Part shown: positions 6,016-10,346 of the stretch, in pieces | How positions within the stretch are numbered: position 1 is the first letter of the stretch | Layout of the letters: each line of letters opens with the position of its first letter | Assembly (NCBI GenBank): GCA_040289515.1 | Contig: PSLI01000053.1 | Location: forward strand, 1-10,346 | Source: Candidatus Sysuimicrobiota bacterium | GTDB lineage: Bacteria > Sysuimicrobiota > Sysuimicrobiia > Sysuimicrobiales > Sysuimicrobiaceae | Length of the DNA: 10,346 nucleotides | Direction: 5' to 3' | Translations under genes and position numbers: made by a program | Notes under the pieces: model-generated | The model's database searches: none | What the model saw: only the letters and a program-made list of their open reading frames with translations | Told to the model about the DNA's origin: nothing

Positions 6016-7140
6016 ATGCGCAGCAGTCTCGCCGTAGTGTGGGCGGCCTTCCTGGCCAGCCTGTCTGTGGGACTGGGCTGGGCCCAGCAACGGGTAGGCG
6101 GGACCGCCAGCCCCCCTGGCACCGTGGTGGTGGACGGATCCAGCACCGTGGCCCCCCTCACGACCGCGGTGGCGGAGCAGTTCCGCAAGACCCCTCAGGG
6201 CCGTGGGATCCGGATCACCGTGGGGATCAGCGGAACAGGCGGTGGGTTCAAGAAGTTCTGCGCGGATAGCCCGCAGTCCCGCACGGACATCAACGACGCC
6301 TCCCGGCCCATCACGCCGGAGGAGGACGAGGCGTGCCGGCGCAACCAGGTGAGCTACGTGGAGGTCCCCGTGGCCATCGACGGGATGAGCGTGGTGGTGC
6401 ACCCCCGCAACACCTGGGCCACCTGCCTGACCCTGGGCGAGCTCAAGCGCATCTGGGAGCCCGCCGCGGAACGCAGGATCACCAGCTGGCGCCAGGTGCG
6501 GGCGACGTTTCCGGACCGGCCGCTGCGGCTGGCGGGGCCCGGGGCGGACTCCGGGACGTTCGACAGATTCACGGAGATGGTGGTGGGCAAGGCCAAGGCC
6601 AGCCGTGGCGACTACCAGGCTACGGAGGACGACAACGTGATCGTGCACTTCGTCAGCCGGGACGAGGGCTCGCTAGGCTACTTCGGGCTGGCGTACTTGG
6701 AGGAAAATCTGGCCAGGGTCAAGGCCGTGGCGCTGGACCCCAGCGGGCAGGTGGACCTCACCTCCGACGACCAGTGCCGGGGGGTCGAACCCAGCTTCGA
6801 CAGCACCAAGTCGGGCCGCTACCCGCTTGCCCGGCCCCTCTTCATCTACCTGAATCGCACAAGCGCCCTGTCCAAGCCCGAGGTGCGGCAGTTCGCCAGC
6901 TGGTACGTGGGTGCCAACAGCGGCGTGAGCCTGCAGGTGGACGATCCCCGGCAGCCGGGCAGGAAGACCAACCTCGCCCGGGCCGTGGGGTACGTGGAGT
7001 TCCCAGAGAGGGTGTACGCGGCCGCGCGGCAGTGCATCGCCCGGCAGAAGCCCGGAACCGCCTTCCGGGAGGGCGGCAGGGCCTCCGGAAGAGCCACCCT
7101 GGAGCAGGTGAGCAAGGCGTACCCAGCGCACTGCTGGTAG
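6016..7140 (+). CDS. pstS: phosphate ABC transporter substrate-binding protein PstS (374 aa)
   Basis: SD GGAGGTGA at 6003-6010, ATG at 6016. Signal peptide ending GWA-QQ. Motifs [46 protein letters not shown]. First gene of the pst cluster. Confidence 0.95.
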   Translation: MRSSLAVVWAAFLASLSVGLGWAQQRVGGTASPPGTVVVDGSSTVAPLTTAVAEQFRKTPQGRGIRITVGISGTGGGFKKFCADSPQSRTDINDASRPITPEEDEACRRNQVSYVEVPVAIDGMSVVVHPRNTWATCLTLGELKRIWEPAAERRITSWRQVRATFPDRPLRLAGPGADSGTFDRFTEMVVGKAKASRGDYQATEDDNVIVHFVSRDEGSLGYFGLAYLEENLARVKAVALDPSGQVDLTSDDQCRGVEPSFDSTKSGRYPLARPLFIYLNRTSALSKPEVRQFASWYVGANSGVSLQVDDPRQPGRKTNLARAVGYVEFPERVYAAARQCIARQKPGTAFREGGRASGRATLEQVSKAYPAHCW

Positions 7141-7165
7141 GCCCGGCGGCCACGCCAGCCTGCTG

Positions 7166-7182
7166 GTTAACAAAAACTTAAT
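7166..7182 (+). promoter_or_regulatory. second Pho-box-like repeat pair between pstS and pstC
   Basis: GTTAAC (7166) and CTTAAT (7177) are 11 bp apart in an AT-rich island and share the TTAA core of the pstS array. Confidence 0.6.
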
Positions 7183-7204
7183 CCGCACCCGGGAGGCTCG
7201 TATC

Positions 7205-8197
7205 GTGTTCGGAGCGCAGCCTCGGCAGGCCAAGGAGCGATGGGTGAGGGCCGGGCTGGCGGCCAGCGCCCTGCTGTCCGCGGGGGTCACGCTGGCCATC
7301 GTGGCGGTGCTGGCGTACGAGACCGCGCAGTTCTTCCACCTGCCGGTGGAGGCCGCCAACCCCCAGCGGGTGTCGGAACGCCCCGACCTGCAGCGGTTCG
7401 TGGAAGCCCGCCCCGACCTGGTGGGCCGGCCGTGGCAGCTGGTGCGGGAGTTCTTCACGGAGACCACCTGGAGCCCGCTGTACAGCACCAAGCGGTTCGG
7501 TGTCCTGCCGCTTGTGGCAGGGACGGCCCTCACCAGCGCCGTGGCCCTGCTGGTGGCGGTTCCCCTCGGGCTGCTGACCGCGGTGTACCTGAGTGAGTTC
7601 GCCCCGGACCCTGTGCGGGGGCGGGTGAAGCCCGTACTGGAGGTGCTGGCGGGAGTCCCCACCATCGTGTACGGCTATTTCGCCCTCACCTTCGTGACCC
7701 CGCTGTTGCAGGATCACGTGTTCGGACCGATGATGGCGGGCCAGAACGCCCTGTCCGCCGGCCTGGTGATGGGGATCATGATCCTGCCCTTGGTTTCCTC
7801 CCTTAGCGAGGACATCATGCGGGCAGTCCCCATGGACCTGCGTTACGGGGCCTACGCCCTCGGAGCCACCCGCATGGAGGTAGCGGTTCGGGTGGTGGTG
7901 CCCGCGGCCTTCTCGGGGATCGCGGCGGCCTGTGTCCTGGCCCTGTCCCGGGCCGTGGGGGAAACCATGATCGTGGCCCTCGCCGCGGGGCAGACGCCCA
8001 ACTGGACCTTCAACCCCCTGGAGACGGTGGAGACCGTCACCGCCTTTATCGTGCAGGTGAGCCTCGGCGACGTGCCCTACGGCTCCGTGGAGTACCGCAC
8101 GTTGTTTGCGGTGGGAATGGTGCTGTTCGTGCTCACGCTGGCCATGAACGTGGCGAGCGTGCGGGTGGGGCAGCGTTTCCGGGAGCGGTACCTGTGA
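7205..8197 (+). CDS. pstC: phosphate ABC transporter permease PstC
   Basis: SD GGAGG at 7192-7196, GTG at 7205. Motifs [60 protein letters not shown]. Confidence 0.95.
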   Translation: MFGAQPRQAKERWVRAGLAASALLSAGVTLAIVAVLAYETAQFFHLPVEAANPQRVSERPDLQRFVEARPDLVGRPWQLVREFFTETTWSPLYSTKRFGVLPLVAGTALTSAVALLVAVPLGLLTAVYLSEFAPDPVRGRVKPVLEVLAGVPTIVYGYFALTFVTPLLQDHVFGPMMAGQNALSAGLVMGIMILPLVSSLSEDIMRAVPMDLRYGAYALGATRMEVAVRVVVPAAFSGIAAACVLALSRAVGETMIVALAAGQTPNWTFNPLETVETVTAFIVQVSLGDVPYGSVEYRTLFAVGMVLFVLTLAMNVASVRVGQRFRERYL

Positions 8198-9075
8198 CCG
8201 TGGCGTCCCTGGAGGGGTTTTCACACCGGCGCCTGGAGCGCCGCCAGAAGGTTGCGGGTTTGTTCGTGGCCGCCTGCCAGGCGGCCACGCTCCTGGGCCT
8301 GGTGTTCCTGGCGGTGCTGCTGGTGGACGTGGCCCGGGACGGGGCCCCGTACCTGCGGCCGCAGCTGGTGACTCAGTTCCCCTCTCGGTTCCCCAGCCAG
8401 GCGGGCTACGCCAGCGCGTTGGTGGGGACCGTGTACGTGGCGGGGATTACGAGTCTGGTGGCCTTCCCCCTGGGGGTGGCTGCGGCGGTGTACCTGGAGG
8501 AGTACGCCCGGCCAGGCCCGCTGTTGCGGCTGCTGGAGGTGAACATCGCGAACCTGGCCGCCATCCCCTCGGTGCTGTACGGCCTGCTGGGGCTGGGGTT
8601 GTTCGTGGAGGGGTTGCGCATGGGCAAGAGCGTGCTGGCGGGGGCGTTGACCCTCGCCCTGCTGGTCCTGCCCCTTGTGATCCTGTCCAGCCGGGAGGCC
8701 ATCCGAGCGGTGCCCTTTTCCGTTCGGGAAGCTGCCTACGCCCTGGGGGCTACCCGCTGGCAGGTGGTGCGCTACCACGTGCTGCCGTATGCGGCACCCG
8801 GGGTCCTCACGGGAACCATCCTGGCCCTGTCCCGGGCCGTGGGAGAGACGGCCCCCTTGATCATGCTGGGCGCGCTCCAGTACGTGCCCTTTCTGCCACA
8901 GGGGGTGTGGGACTACTTCACGGTACTGCCCATCCAGATCTTCAACTACGTGTCCCTGCCCAACCCCGAGTTCCAGCGGCTGGCCGCGGCCGGCATCCTA
9001 TTGCTGCTGGCGGTGTTGCTGGCCTTGAACGGGATGGCGGTGTGGCTGCGGGGGCGAGCTCGCGTACGGTGGTGA
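8194..9075 (+). CDS. pstA: phosphate ABC transporter permease PstA
   Basis: GTGA overlap with the pstC stop. Motifs [62 protein letters not shown]. Confidence 0.95.
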   Translation: MTVASLEGFSHRRLERRQKVAGLFVAACQAATLLGLVFLAVLLVDVARDGAPYLRPQLVTQFPSRFPSQAGYASALVGTVYVAGITSLVAFPLGVAAAVYLEEYARPGPLLRLLEVNIANLAAIPSVLYGLLGLGLFVEGLRMGKSVLAGALTLALLVLPLVILSSREAIRAVPFSVREAAYALGATRWQVVRYHVLPYAAPGVLTGTILALSRAVGETAPLIMLGALQYVPFLPQGVWDYFTVLPIQIFNYVSLPNPEFQRLAAAGILLLLAVLLALNGMAVWLRGRARVRW

Positions 9076-9086
9076 GGAGGGAGGTC

Positions 9087-9905
9087 ATGGACGCCGCGGT
9101 GGGAGCGCGCCTGAGGCCGGAGGTGAGGCGCCAAGCCGTTGCCCCCACGAACCCCGTCATCCAGCTGCGGGACCTGCGGGTGTGGTACCAGGCGCGGCCG
9201 GCCCTCCGGGGGGTCAGCCTGGACGTGCCCGAGCGGCGCATCACCGCGGTGATCGGACCGTCCGGGTGCGGGAAGAGCACCCTCGTGCGGGCCATCAACC
9301 GCATGAACGAGCTGATCCCCGGTGTCCGCACGGAGGGGCGGGTGCTATTCCGGGGCCAGGACCTGTACGCATCAGGGGTGGACCCCGTGGAGGTCCGCGT
9401 CCGGATCGGCATGGTGTTCCAGAAACCCAACCCCTTTCCGAAGTCCATCTACGAAAACGTGGCCTTCGGGCTGCGGCTGCACCGCCGCCTACACCGCGGC
9501 GAGCTGAACGAGCGGGTGGAGCGGGCCCTGCGGCAGGTGGCCCTCTGGGACGAGGTGAAGGACGATCTGCACCGCAAGAGTGGTCTGGAGCTGTCCGGGG
9601 GCCAGCAGCAGCGGCTGTGCATCGCCCGGGCCCTAGCGGTGGAGCCTGAGGTCCTGCTGCTGGACGAACCGTGCTCCGCTTTGGACCCCGTCTCCACGGC
9701 CCGCATCGAGGCCCTCATGGAGGACCTGAGGCACGGCTACACCCTCGTCATCGTCACGCACAACATGCAGCAGGCGGCCCGAGTGTCGGACTTTACCGCC
9801 TTCCTGCTGGACGGGGAGCTAGTGGAGTTCGGTGCCACGGAAGAGCTGTTCACCCGGCCCCGGGACCGGCGCACGGAGGACTACATCACGGGACGGTTCG
9901 GATGA
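9087..9905 (+). CDS. pstB: phosphate ABC transporter ATP-binding protein PstB (272 aa)
   Basis: SD GGAGG before ATG 9087. Walker [75 protein letters not shown]. Confidence 0.97.
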   Translation: MDAAVGARLRPEVRRQAVAPTNPVIQLRDLRVWYQARPALRGVSLDVPERRITAVIGPSGCGKSTLVRAINRMNELIPGVRTEGRVLFRGQDLYASGVDPVEVRVRIGMVFQKPNPFPKSIYENVAFGLRLHRRLHRGELNERVERALRQVALWDEVKDDLHRKSGLELSGGQQQRLCIARALAVEPEVLLLDEPCSALDPVSTARIEALMEDLRHGYTLVIVTHNMQQAARVSDFTAFLLDGELVEFGATEELFTRPRDRRTEDYITGRFG

Positions 9906-9943
9906 CCCGCGGAGGATTGCGGGTCGAGGGGGGTGAGGACGGG

Positions 9944-10346
9944 GTGTCAGGGGAGCGTCGGCACATCCGGGAGGCATACGACGAGGCCCTACGCCGCCTC
10001 GAGGAGGACGTGGTACGTATGGGGAGCCTCGCCGGGGACCTGATCCACCGGGCGGTGGAGGCCCTCAAGAGGCAGGACGTGCACGCCGCGGAGGCAGTCA
10101 TCGCGGAGGACGACGTGGTGGACCGTCTGCACCTGGACCTGGAGGAACGGGTGGCCCGGCTGCTGGCTACCCAGCAGCCCATGGCCGGCGACCTCCGGGC
10201 GCTCATGTCCGTGCTGGCCATCTCCATCGACCTGGAGCGCCTGGCAGATCACGCGGAGGGGATCGCCAAGGCCACCAAGCGCTTGAGCCGGGAGCCCCTC
10301 CTCAAGCCCCTGGTGGACATCCCCTACATGGAGCGGCTGGGGCAGG
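9944..10346 (+). CDS. phoU: phosphate signalling complex protein PhoU (3' truncated by window edge)
   Basis: Not in the ORF track; translated by hand as VSGERRHIREAYDEALRRLEEDVVRMGSLAGDLIHRAVEALKRQD...VIAEDDVVD...LATQQPMAGDLR...DLERLADHAEGIAK...PLLKPLVDIPYM. An in-frame ATG at 9902 overlapping the pstB stop is an alternative start. Confidence 0.95.
   Translation, partial: MSGERRHIREAYDEALRRLEEDVVRMGSLAGDLIHRAVEALKRQDVHAAEAVIAEDDVVDRLHLDLEERVARLLATQQPMAGDLRALMSVLAISIDLERLADHAEGIAKATKRLSREPLLKPLVDIPYMERLGQ

Noticed and set aside
3900..10252. Antisense and shifted ORFs over the amidohydrolase, sppA and pst genes (e.g. 3922-4791, 4982-5881, 6673-7665, 7178-8224)
   Set aside because: Shadow ORFs of well-supported genes, with no independent motifs or initiation signals.
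1..10346. CRISPR array, tRNA/rRNA, IS element, intrinsic terminators
   Set aside because: No regularly spaced repeats, cloverleaf or transposase motifs were seen, and no hairpin followed by a U-tract.

Overview
GC-rich (about 70% by eye) bacterial window in two parts. The left part (1-3400) is a decaying accessory region. It holds an intact divergent pair, an ABATE/CGNR zinc-finger putative regulator (-) and a DinB-superfamily protein (+), surrounded by broken or fused remnants of VOC/glyoxalase, two alpha/beta hydrolases, an EamA/DMT transporter, a RidA with an internal deletion, and possibly a PIN/VapC tail. The right part (3500-10346) is intact housekeeping DNA: an adenosine-specific kinase-like (DUF355) gene plus an Amidohydro_2 gene, a convergent sppA, and a pstS-pstC-pstA-pstB-phoU operon (phoU runs off the window). 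The most interesting signals are non-coding. (i) Two TAACC-N18-GGTT(A/G) inverted repeats straddle the divergent promoters of the CGNR/DinB pair and are a candidate operator for a poorly characterised regulator family. (ii) The dinB leader has a long stem with a mutually exclusive alternative hairpin. (iii) Four 11-bp-phased Pho-box-like repeats lie before pstS, with a second pair inside the operon before pstC. No CRISPR array, tRNA/rRNA gene or transposase was recognised. All family calls come from motif recognition by eye; no database searches were run.
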